Below are positions 40,141 through 51,883 of a stretch of 64,000 bases of DNA, piece by piece. Source of the DNA: Harriotta raleighana (taxonomy: Eukaryota); contig JBNZDD010013714.1 in assembly GCA_050575255.1 (NCBI GenBank), positions 8,245,681 through 8,309,680 on the forward strand, in the 5' to 3' direction. Under the pieces are notes generated by a model. That model made no database searches. It had not been told where the DNA came from and saw nothing but the letters and a program-made list of their open reading frames with translations. Numbering within the stretch: the stretch's first letter is position 1; each line of letters starts with the position of its first letter. The position numbers and the translations under genes are program-made.

Positions 40141-43100
40141 AATACAGTTTAATAGTGCTGCAGTTATTATTATTACTATTATTATCAGAACTCAAGTTTA
40201 GGGGTTTGCTCATTTTTCATGTATTTAATAAGTAGGCTTGCGTTTTCAACTGTTAGGGGAAGCTTTTAGATGTGTTTTTTTAAAAATCTCAAATAATAAG
40301 ATGGAATAATTTGCCAAAAATGTGTTATTATTGAGGTTCTTTCACTTGTACAGAAAAAAGCTACATAATTTGCTAGCCCCTGTGGGGCTTGTGAGTTGTC
40401 GGGCTTTCAGATGGTTGAATGAATCTCAGCTATCATTTATTCTCAGTGAGTTACCATGTACAGTATTTATTACCTTCAAATGCACAACACCATCTGGCAG
40501 AAATGCAAGTGGGAAAGATTATAGGTTATATGGGGAGTAAATATTTAATAATGGATTTCCAGGTTAAAAGGGTTGGCCATGGACATCAAAATGCAGAGAA
40601 TCTTAGTTATTTAGTGCTTATGAGAATACTGATCATTTTCACGACTTCTCTTCTGAACTGTATTTCTCTGTGAGAGTGGCAGAATTATGTTCTTCTTAGA
40701 TATGTGAGGAGTATAGTGATGGGAAGATATAACCAGGTACGCAGAAATCCATTGCAAGGCATAAAACACAATTCAGATTGGTTGCATTTCCAATTGATAG
40801 GAAGAGTGAGTCTCATTTGGAGTATAAACAACAGTATGGACTAATTGCTCTGAGTGTTCTATGCAATACTCATTCACTGATCTTTTGCATTAAACTAATG
40901 TATTCTATGCTACTTAAACCTTGGTTAGACATGGTATAATCGAAATGCTTTACAGTGAAGGAACAGAAATGATCTAAATGATTAACATCTTGTTACAAGA
41001 CTCATTTCTTGTGTTTCATAAAGATGAGGGAATAATTTAAACTACTCCTGATTTTTAAACTATATCATTCTCAAAAAATTGCTCTGTGGCTAGTTCTGTG
41101 CCATCCTCTTGATGATTCTTTTTCCTCCTCCTCATCCCCATCTATTACCTATGGATGGCAATACATTCTGCATAACTTGTCTTGAATCGTGTGTTTGTTT
41201 CTGTAGTGGAACCACTGTCGTTTGTGTTCATAAAAATATGGGGTCAAGATTGCTGCTTCCTAAACCCATTCCTGTCGCTTAATTACCACCAACATCGACT
41301 AAAGAATTTGTTTAGGAATACCCATAATCTTCTTAATTGAATACCCTCGACGAACAGTGATAAAGGCTTTTAAAACCTCTGAGGTCGATGGGGGAGAATG
41401 ATTGTGGAAATGTTCACACATGAGAACGGTGCTAGGCTAGTACCTTTATTGGATCGCTAATAGAATTTGATATCTTTTCTCTCGCTGCTTAATGGAATAA
41501 AAGATCATTTGAGTGGCCTGAAACTAACAAAACCTTCACACAATCATATTTATCCAGAGCAGAGTGCATTCATGTACCTGAAGATATTCTGTGTGTGTCA
41601 CCTAAAAATGATTTCTTTTCATACTTTGGAAATGATACACATGGTAGTATGGGTAATTAGATACAAGGACTCTATTCAGAGTCATTTAAGGAGGCAAAAT
41701 GACATCCTTTTTATTAAATTCATTTTTACACAGTAGACGCCATTTTATCCATTAGACTTCTCAGCCATTTAACAGGCTTTATATTGTGTCCTTCAAGGCC
41801 AAGCTAAAAGTTGAAGGAATTTACTGTTCTTCCATTAGAATTCATAAGCAATAACTTTATCTGAGCTTGTGAAACGTTGATCCATGAGAAGCAACAATGC
41901 ATCTATTAATTTTTTAGACTGCTAGTGTTTGTTTTAAATAAATCCCTAAACACCATGCTATTAAAACACATTACTGTGTACTGTATGCATTAGAAATGCG
42001 TAGGCTATAGACAGAAAATTAAAAAATTTTACAAACTACATTATCTATGATGTATTTGCAGCAAGATCTAGTAATTACCCCTCCTAACAAAAAAAAATTG
42101 TTGACAGCATTTTCACATCTGCGCTGAAACATTCAAAAATAATGTTCCTACTAAAATCAAATGAAAAGTCCATTGAGGGAAAGCTGCCTTTTCACAAAAG
42201 CATTAGCTGTGACCTGACAAACATGAATTCTCTGATGAAACGAACTTGACATTTCTGTGAAGACATTTGTTACATTGGTGCAGTAAGATGACCAACCAGA
42301 TCTGCTTCAATACAAAATAATAACTGTGTCAAAGATGACTAAAATTCAAGGTTATTAATTGCTAGAGGGATATTTTACATAACTAGTATTCTGATACTGA
42401 GTACACATTCTGAAAAGGTAATATTCTTAGTTTGTACAATATTAGCATTGCAGTGTTTTTTTTTAAAAAAAAGTTCTGCACAATTCCTGTAAAATTGAAT
42501 TTAAACACAAACCAGTCAGGACAGTTAATGGTTTTCTACCACATTCTGTGATTTGACTAAATGTATTTAAAATCTAAAATAATGTGAGAAATCACAATCG
42601 AATGTTGCCTAGTTACAATACGTTTCACCTTTTAAAATATACAGGAATGGAAGAATGAAATTAGTGTTTTCTCTTCAGTATCAATCAAATATTTTAGTAA
42701 TTGTATGCCCAGACATTATCCTAATGAAATCCAGGCACTGTGTTCTACAAGTATTAATTATCTTACAGTGATAACCCTGACATTTTTTTTATTTGTTCAT
42801 TGCCCTGGGAAGAAAATGATGTGCCAGTTATGTTGGTCAGGTCTAGTCTGAATATTATCCTTGCTCTCAGGTTCATTAAGGAAGGTTGAAAAGACTGGAT
42901 ATTTTAGATTTATTTTTGCTGTTTAATTTTCTTCCGTAAAACTAAGCGCTTTTTTCTTTGTGTCTCTTACTAGCATCAAATATTTTCTCTGTTTCAACGA
43001 CATGCGTTCCAAAGTTATGTGTTCTAAATAATTTTTGACATTTGAAATGAATATGTGTGTGTTTTCTATACACCCAAATGTGTAGGTTGCAGTTTTACAA

Positions 43101-46100
43101 AAAAAAATGGTTGACTGTGTCAATATTGTTGACTGTACAGCTGGCACAATAAGGTTAGCTCGTATGTGACATTGTCTCTTGAGATATAGGAGGATGTCAT
43201 TTCTGTCTAAATAGGAGAGCGATAATACATCTGCATTCTCTGTCTCTGACACTTTACTGTCATGTGGGTATGTCACTGGACAACCCGTGGTTGTCATTTT
43301 TCTGTGAAGCCCAACATGAAATGTACATCAGTAAAGCATCTTATAAGTGAAATGTCATGTCAGAGCCTATTTCAGGGGGCTATTAAATCAGGGTACTCCA
43401 TCTAGATAAAAACATTACCAAAAAAACATGTTCTGCTGACTGATCTCCATACATAACATGACCCAGTCGTTTAGCTCTTAGGCAGAGCTTATACTAATGT
43501 CAGCCATTGTGACTAACAATAACTTGTTTTTTTGAAGCCCGGCATTTTCTACACAAAAAAAGTATGGAGCTGGAGTTACGGCAAATAGTTTTCATCTGAA
43601 AAACATCATAAACAGCCTTGGTTTGACCTTGTTAATGCTAGAGTGCTTTAGTAATTTATGTCTAATGATTTTTTACATTAAACCACAGCTTGTCTTGGGC
43701 CCTTGTGTGTCACAGTAATTTAAGAACCAGTCATTTTGCACATTCCGATCCCATTATGTTACATTGTTACTGAATAAAGGCTGGTATTATGTTCCTTCTA
43801 TAAAGGGCAGAAGTGGCCTGAATTTTATCTGCTGAACGAATCAATCTGGATTATGTCAGCTGAAAAGAATTGAGAACTGTGGTTGCGAGCAGATGGGGCT
43901 ATTTTAAATGTATCTGTTGGTTCAGAATTCATCAGCTGAGATAATACCTTATGGTGATTGAAATGTATTTTTGTTTTTCTTGCAGCTTGTACCAATTATC
44001 ATTTCAGCAGCTAGTATTATGAGGATCAAACCGAAATCGAATGCCATTTCCGAACGTTAATACAGTGCTGTGTTTATATTTAAGCTGCCACGATAGGGTA
44101 TGCAGGCTGTGGGAAAAGCCTGAACAAATAATGAGTGAAGGGTTTTAAAGGAGACATTGAGCAGCACTTGGCAGAGAAGGTCTACTACTCATTAGTAAGC
44201 CAGTGAGAATGATGGGAGAATCACAGATAGCACAAAGGGCTTGGACCAGGTGATTGTAGAGAATAAAATGTGGGAAATCAAATAGGTCACTTTACTTTAA
44301 AACAAAACTACTGTAATTCTATGGGTCACGTAAACATTTCAATCTTAGGATACAATAGAAGTTTCAGCAACAATGTGATGAACTCCCATAAGGAGGGTTG
44401 TGGGGACAGTACGAGTTTCAGCGTTTGTTAGCTAACTGATCTTGAGGTGGTTTGTTCGATGAAATACCGTGTGGCAGTGAAAGACATTGTCACTGGGAAG
44501 GGACAGGAGGAAAATCTGATGTGTTCCACCCTTCAAAAATTGCACAAAGCGTCAGCTGCTCACTATGAGCATGAGACGTCGAGAGTAGTTCAGACTGTCA
44601 AACCCTCCTGACTGGGATGGTAGAAGGAAGTTAAAACAGGACCCAAATGTGCAAAGCACTGTAATTCAAAAACAAAACCGCATTTATTTCTGTGTAAAAT
44701 ACAAATACGAAACTCAAAGCATTCTCAGTTGTTTCCTCTCGACCCACCCACCCAGCCACCACCCCCCCACCACCTCCCCACACATACTCCCAGAAGCATC
44801 AATAATGAATATGCCACTTGTAAGCGTATACCCGCTGCACAGTGGTGGGATAAATCATGTTTAATAATGTATGCTCTTATCATTGAGACTTCTCAACTGG
44901 AATCTGCCATGAGATGCAACCAAACTTTCAAATCTCTTTTGCAAGTTTTGCTTTCCAAATGTTGTCATCTGCTCCAATCACAGATTATTGTCTATTGCCT
45001 TGCTGTTATCATTCTTACTGTTATTGTTCTTTAAAGCCCAACATTAAAAATCTGAATCACAAGGGGAGAAATGCATCTTGTTCTGCTTCACCTCCTGAGA
45101 CTGGTGGACCCTTGACAATTCAGAAAGGTTTCGTGGATTTAAATACCGCACCAACTCGTTTATTTGAGTCCACTTTGCCATTTTTACCATCTGAATTTAT
45201 TAGGATACCTTTACAGAAGGCTGGAAATGTATTAGATTTTAATAAAATATTATAACAATTGAATTTTCTTTTAATGTCCCGAGTTTCATTTTAGGCCAAC
45301 CAGAAGGAAACTATTTATTTCTAACTGCCGAAAATCTCAGTTGAAGGAAGGTTTTATTTAATATGTAATACATTGCCTTTAGCAATCGGAGACATTGCTG
45401 TATCTCCCATATTAACTACAGTAATTATACAACTATTAATCAATTATAAAATTTCCTCTATTATATATTTAAAATGGGTTTGCTAATTGCAGACGGTATA
45501 AAAATAATTCTATGGTTTCAACATGCAAGCTTCAGAGAGAACAGACCGCTTGTGAAATATAACATTCTTTATTACATTAAAAATGATTCAATTGTGCCCT
45601 TCCTCCATTCTGCTAATAACCACTTTTTTGTCAAAAAAACGACAAAGATGAATTAGCATTTCAAATTTCTTTGAATAAAAATAGTTGAAATTCCATTCCT
45701 TGGATATCACACAACCAGTGAAAGACTACTTGATTTCCTTTCATAGTGAGAAGCTTTTTGAATGCCTTCATGGGATACAGTGGGAGATTCTTCAATGGCT
45801 TTGAATGCATTCAAATCCTATTCCATAAAACTTTGAACTTTTTCATTAATAGTTTTATACAAAACCACTAAGTGGAGTCTATCTGGCAATGGGTTCCTCA
45901 ATGGCTGCATTATTGAACACTATTGTGATTTTGGTGATTTTTGTCTCTTCAATAAAACCTCATCCTAAAAATAAGAAGATGAATGATAAATTAGCAAGGG
46001 GTGTTTTCCCAAGAAAGCAACATCTAATAACGTTCAAAATGAAAACTAATGCACCTTACCATGTGTGAGGGCAAGTGAATTTGAATCGTATCTTTGAAAT

Positions 46101-46704
46101 TCACTGTCAGAGATCTGAATGGACTGTTTGTTTGCATTGCTACACACCATTATTACTGGGATTGCACACCACACAGTTATATTGTATTAGACCATCTGTC
46201 ATAAGCCAGGTCACAAACAGGCAGTATTAACTACAATTTCAATCGCATCTGACAAATGTAAACTTGCAACAACTCATACCAAATCCAGGTTTCCCCATTT
46301 GGTTTACAATAAGGGAAGATACTAGTGAGAAACCTGTTACACTCTTTCTTTAAGAACTGAATAAAGGCAGTGAGTAAAGTTCCCTTACCAGAATAGTTTA
46401 CAGTATTTGGAAAATGTAATTTTTCTTTGTATTAGTAAGACCTCTAGTGGTGAAATGGTGTGGCATAATTTGAATAACAATGACTAAAAGCTGCTTAAGA
46501 CATATTGTCCAGTCTTTAAAAAGCCTATGTTTTAATACTCAAATACTGTAGTATCTCCAAATTTTTCCATCAGAAACAACACGAAAGATCTGTTTATCGT
46601 ATCATTATACACTATCATTATCGAAATTGCACACCATCCAAGTTACATTGCTGTATTGTGACTGCACATAATTTCACAACCGAACCACGTGAAATTAAAT
46701 AAAT

Positions 46705-47080
46705 AATGATCATTGCATTTGATAGATCCCTGTCACGTCAATAGGAAATGCTTCACAGAATACATTGTAACGGATAGTGACTGTGTATATTATAATCAAA
46801 TGGGCAGCCAACTTGCAATAACATCCCACGACAGCCGTGAAATAACTAACTAATTTGATTTGGGGGATTATTGGCCAGGATTCCAGAGGAATCTCTTCCC
46901 TCTTTTCGAACAGTGCCATGGAATCTTTAACCTCCACCTGAAGAGAGCAGACCAGGACTTCTGCTTCACATCTCACCTGAAGGCCGGCAACTTCAACAAT
47001 GCAGCGTTCCCCAAGTACCGCACTGGAGCCAAGGTTATATGAGTTCAAAATCTCACTTCAGATTGAGAATCTGAACCTTG
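46705..47080 (-). mobile_element. Deu-domain SINE (SacSINE1/AmnSINE1-like), near complete
   Basis: Minus strand ctccagtgcggtact..gctgcattgttgaagttgcc..tcaggtgagatgt..tctgctctcttcaggtggaggttaaagattccatggcactgttcgaa..cctggccaataatcccc, then an L2-type tail. Confidence 0.85.
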
Positions 47081-47767
47081 CACAGGATTGAAATACAAAG
47101 AAAAAAGTCAATGCATCGGCAGCTGACGTTTTCCCTGAAGTGCATTGCAAAGTCATTAACAGTTTAATAATATGGTCAATGAAAAAACAGCATGATGTAA
47201 TTTCTCACCAGAATGGATTACAAAGTATTAAAATGGAAGCAATCAAAAGTAATAGCAGTGAAAACCAACCGAATCCCAATTTCTCCCTCATTCTGACTAT
47301 ATTTCACATCTTCTGTAGCTTCATAATGTGATAAATATGCATTTAAAAGTGTGACTAATTACCAGTTGCAAAACACATTTCTGGTACAGAAAAATAAAAA
47401 TACCTCATTATTGAAGATCCCAATCAACCTCCTACATTACTATGAAAACTACTTTTTAAGTGGCACTTCACTTCTACAAATATGTAGTTATTGCTAATTT
47501 TTGGAGTTAAGAAATGTAACATTGTGTCACTATAATTTAACAGATTAAATTGTTCCATCTGTACAGCTCTCACATGAGTTAAGGTCTATTTTTTCTGCAC
47601 TTTCAAGTATTAGAAATCTCTTGGAATTGCTGCCTTCCTTACAAAGGAATGATATCATCTTCCTAGATAATCAGCAAAGCTAATAGTGTGGAGGAGAGTT
47701 TACCAAGCAAGTAATAGACAGCTTGGATTTCAAAGATCGCAAACAATAAACTTTGAAACCGTGGATG

Positions 47768-47840
47768 ACAGCATTTGAGACATCGATAAGATGTGGGAAG
47801 CGCAATACAAATGTAAGGATTATTATTATATTATTATTAT
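47768..47840 (+). mobile_element. SINE tail fragment
   Basis: tttgagacatcgataagatgtgggaagcgcaatacaaatgtaaggattattattat. Confidence 0.75.
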
Positions 47841-48441
47841 ACCAAACTCTATCTTGATAAGAGTTACTACTTTTAATGGGTTTAATATAGCAAGTTATGG
47901 AGTAATTCATAGCATATTAACTCATCTGTAATTCGCTCTTCTACTCCGAAATAAGTAATGTTCAATCAAATGAATATTTGAACCGGCCATTATTTTAAGC
48001 TAAACTCTCAGCTTTCAATTTTGATTTTTTTTAAAATTAAAAGTGATATCTAAAAATCTATTATTTAAAAATAAGTCAACGTTTTTGTACAAGGAAGCAA
48101 ATCATCCTTTTATAATCGCAGGTTGAAAAAATGGCTTAAAAAGTCAACGGTTACCATTCCAGCACCCCCTTATACCTGCTGTTTGCATGAATTGATGCAG
48201 CAAAACTTCTGCAAAACTCTTGTCTGAATCAAACATGAAATCATATCAGTTTAAGAGTGCCCTCACTCCCCACCCCATTTAATGTTCTTAACACTACATT
48301 TTTACTACTGGATCACTCCTCATTCTAAAAGAATGGTAGACATAACTAACTGGCGTCTCTTACAGAGAGGATAATGTGTGGGTGTATACGGTGCAGTCTG
48401 CACAAGCTCTACTGTCCTGTGGATGAAGTGCAGACTGGGAG

Positions 48442-48578
48442 CAACAACAACAACGACAAAATTGCATTCATAGAGCGCCTTTCACTTCAGGAGGTCGTCC
48501 CACGTTTAGTTAGACTCTGTCAGCTCTCCAAGACACGTGAAGGGCGCTATATAAATGCAAGTTGTTATTGTTATTATC
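48442..48578. mobile_element. Two short L2-type tails in inverted orientation
   Basis: Left (caa)n..ttgcattcatagagcgcctttcac (minus); right gtgaagggcgctatataaatgcaagttgttattgtt (plus). Confidence 0.75.
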
Positions 48579-49504
48579 ATAGGTACTGCATCGAGTTCTT
48601 GCTTAACTGTATTAGGCATTCAGCATTGTGTGAGATTGGATGAGCCATGTTAATGGCTGGAATAAATGGAACTGAGAAATGCTCGAAATATGAAAGGAAA
48701 GCTTTAAGACTGGGAATCCACAAACCAGTCAATAGTTGAAGAAGCAAAATAGGTGAAGATTTTAGTTGGAAAGCTTTATCAGAACTGAACTGGTGTCGTG
48801 GGAGCTGAATAGGATGGAAGAGATTTGCACATCCAGAATTAGTTTTTGAAATTTCACTTAAATTTCACAGTGACAAATTTACGCCGCATTCACTGTGGTC
48901 TAAGTTTCTGCAAAATAATGTGATATGTGTGTATCTACAGGAAGTGGAATGTATGACATTCAGACATATAAATTGCAATTATTAAGAAAAAAGAAAGTAA
49001 TGGATGAAGACCTAGTGACGATCTTGTATCTAACATTTCAACAAATTAGAATTCATGGTAGTGGCTGCTACATTTCGGAGACATCAATCAACAATTACTG
49101 ATATAAACAGCAGCCATGGTATATATCATGAGCTCTCATTTGAGCCAAGTGTACAATTTAGACTAACCCTATTTCAGATGTCACTGCAGCTAGTCACTGG
49201 CTCCACCAACTCTATTGTGTGCTTGTAGGACCCAGCAGAATCCAAATCTCTTCTTAACTGTGTCTTATTAGAGAACTTCAAACCTTTCTCATAATGGCAA
49301 TTCCATACCAGTAATGCAGAGTGTAATGAATTGGAAAAGCTGCGGTCCCATGTGTAAATCCGCACGAATGTTACTGGCGGGATCAGTTGAGAGCAGCCAC
49401 AAGTGAATAGATAACAATAGGATCCTTTATTTGTTTTACATGCAGGGTGAGATTGTTCAAGTCATGATTCCTTGCTTTGGGCTACTGGTTTAGGGTAAAG
49501 TATC

Positions 49505-49722
49505 TGTCCTCCTTGCAGCTGACCTGGCTTTAAGGTGCTATGTTTGGCAACAGAATGTCAGAATCAAGCCAGCTTTCTGTTGTTTAGTACATTTCCTGAA
49601 CCAGACAGGTTCCCAGTACTCCAGTGAGCTGCTGATGACTGTATAGCCAGGCAGGACTTGGAACCAGGAACTGGGGACAGGGACTTTACATACTCAGCTC
49701 CTGTTAACCCTACAAGCCAAAG
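49505..49722 (-). repeat. Unclassified old interspersed repeat, copy 2
   Basis: Reverse complement is collinear with 20992-21220. Confidence 0.75.
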
Positions 49723-50674
49723 CCCTAAAAGGTATGGTGGTCCTACCTGGACAAGCAACAGGAAAGGTTGTCAGGCAGTGCTCTTCAATGACAAGCCACG
49801 TGGGCTTTTACTGGCTAGACTTCAGCAGTTACCCCAATAAACACTCTGGGCTCCACAAACCTTGCCATCCTGCGTCTAATACTTTCCGGAATTAGGTAAG
49901 CAAGCTGTGTCCCTCCATGGAGAGAATCCACATTTCATTCTAACAATCTATCTCTGGAGTTTCCATGTGTAGGTGGGATGAATGGGACTGTTAGGTTTGG
50001 ATTCTCTTAAAGCACGGTGCCTGACACCATGCTTTTAAAAGCAAAGTAGGCAAAGGTGTTAAATACCTGCAAAAGTAGAGTATGCTATGAATATAAACAG
50101 CGAGGACTTTGTGATAAATGCTATCTATATTTCCGCGTCTTTGGTAGGCTTTGTATCTGAAGTACAACATAAACAGATGGTTGCTTTACTGTGGATTGGA
50201 ATAACAGTGTGGGCAAAGGATAAATAGTGAAATTCTATTTTCAAAACTTCCCCAAGAAACAGTTATGCATCAAAGCAACTGAAACTGTAATAGTTCCAAT
50301 TTGCTACGAACATGACTTGTGTTTTTTTTAAATAACCCTCTGAATGCTGCATCCTGAGAAGGCTTCTGACACTTTCTCAGACCCAGCTCCCGTGGGAAAG
50401 TGTACGACATTCCACTGTGAAATAAAATATTGTCCACTGAAAAGCTTGTGTTCTGACAACAGTGCAAATAAAAATGACGAGCTAGATTGGATTGTGGAGT
50501 GGTATCACTAAATGGTACTGATGCTGCGATCTAATGTTTATGGGTTTGTAAATTTAGAGCCATTCCACAGCCCAGCTGAATCGCAAGAGCACTGACACTC
50601 TCCAGTGTTTTTATTAGGGAAGCTTTGGATATAGGTAACTGCTTATTAATGGGGTGTGATCTTGTTTGGTGGGT

Positions 50675-50889
50675 ACAGCAAGGAGACCCAGGTTCGATTC
50701 CCGGTCAGTCAGACTCCGCCATGGTGAAGTGCTCTGTGATGTTATCCACAAGTGTTTGTGGGACACTGCTGCGTGGAATTGGCTCCCGCCTGTCGCCCAC
50801 AAACTGCACAGTGTACTTGACAGTATATTCTGTGAAACGCTTTGAAGACACGATAAGGCGCTATATCCAATGCAAGGATTATTATTATC
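50675..50889 (+). mobile_element. tRNA-derived SINE with a different (tRNA-Glu/Asp-like) head
   Basis: B box ggagacccaGGTTCGATTCCcggtcag; shared body tgtttgtgggacactgctg and tail ataaggcgctatatccaatgcaaggattattatt. Confidence 0.8.
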
Positions 50890-51819
50890 AATTTCTAGCT
50901 GGAAATGTGAAATAAGGAAAGAAAACCTAATCTGCAAACTGGAAGTGCATCTCATAGCTCACAGGAATGCTGCTCCCAAAGTAGATGGCATCGGATTTTC
51001 CATGATAGGTGTGATACACTTCCAGTTCCCATTGTTAAATAATTCACCCCATATTAGACCCCTACATTGTATTCTTCCTGTGGCAGGCCAGGCTGCCAAC
51101 ATTCCCAATATTCCCACTTTGCTGCTAGTGGTAGGTGAAGTTCCTTGATTCTATCCCAGTATTTCTCAGTTTTTTAAAAAAAAGTAATATTTCTTGATTT
51201 TTGAGGAAGAGCCAGGGCCTACCTCTGGGACCTCCCCCCGCACACCCAACCTAATATTCTTCTCAAAGAAGATGGGGGAAATGTGAAAAAGAACTTACAT
51301 TAGTTTGCAAATCCATAGGGCATTGTGAAAATTTCCAATTTCCAATTTTCACTGGCAAAAATTTCAATGTATGTTTGAAAATATCAAATTCACATCAGCG
51401 AGGCTAACTGTGTGCTTTGCGCCAAGACACTGGAGGTAGCCCTTAGCATTGTATTCGTGCCAAAGTTGATTGCCCAAATTAAAGCCGAGCTTCATCTTTT
51501 CACAGTTGACATACCTGGCAGGCACCCAAAGAGAAGCAGACCTGTCCTGACCACTGCCTCCGAAGACAATCAACCATGTGCTCATCGCAGTGAAAGCTTT
51601 CTCACATAGAGCAGCTCTGAGCTTCAGCACTTCAGAAATTACAGCAGCATTGCTTACGTAGCACAGTACTATATATGTATTGTGCATTACATATGCATAC
51701 CCCTACCCACTACACACACAGCAAACAGGTTATCTCCCCAGCACACACAATGACCCTCCCCGCCACGACACACACACATTATTCTCCTGAAATGCATGCA
51801 CACGAATGACACACACCAT

Positions 51820-51883
51820 CAACAACAACTTGCATTTATTTAGCACCCCTTCACTCGGGGTAACATCACAGAGCACTTCACAG
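51820..51883 (-). mobile_element. Short L2/SINE tail fragment
   Basis: caacaacaacttgcatttatttagcacccc...cagagcacttcacag. Confidence 0.65.
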
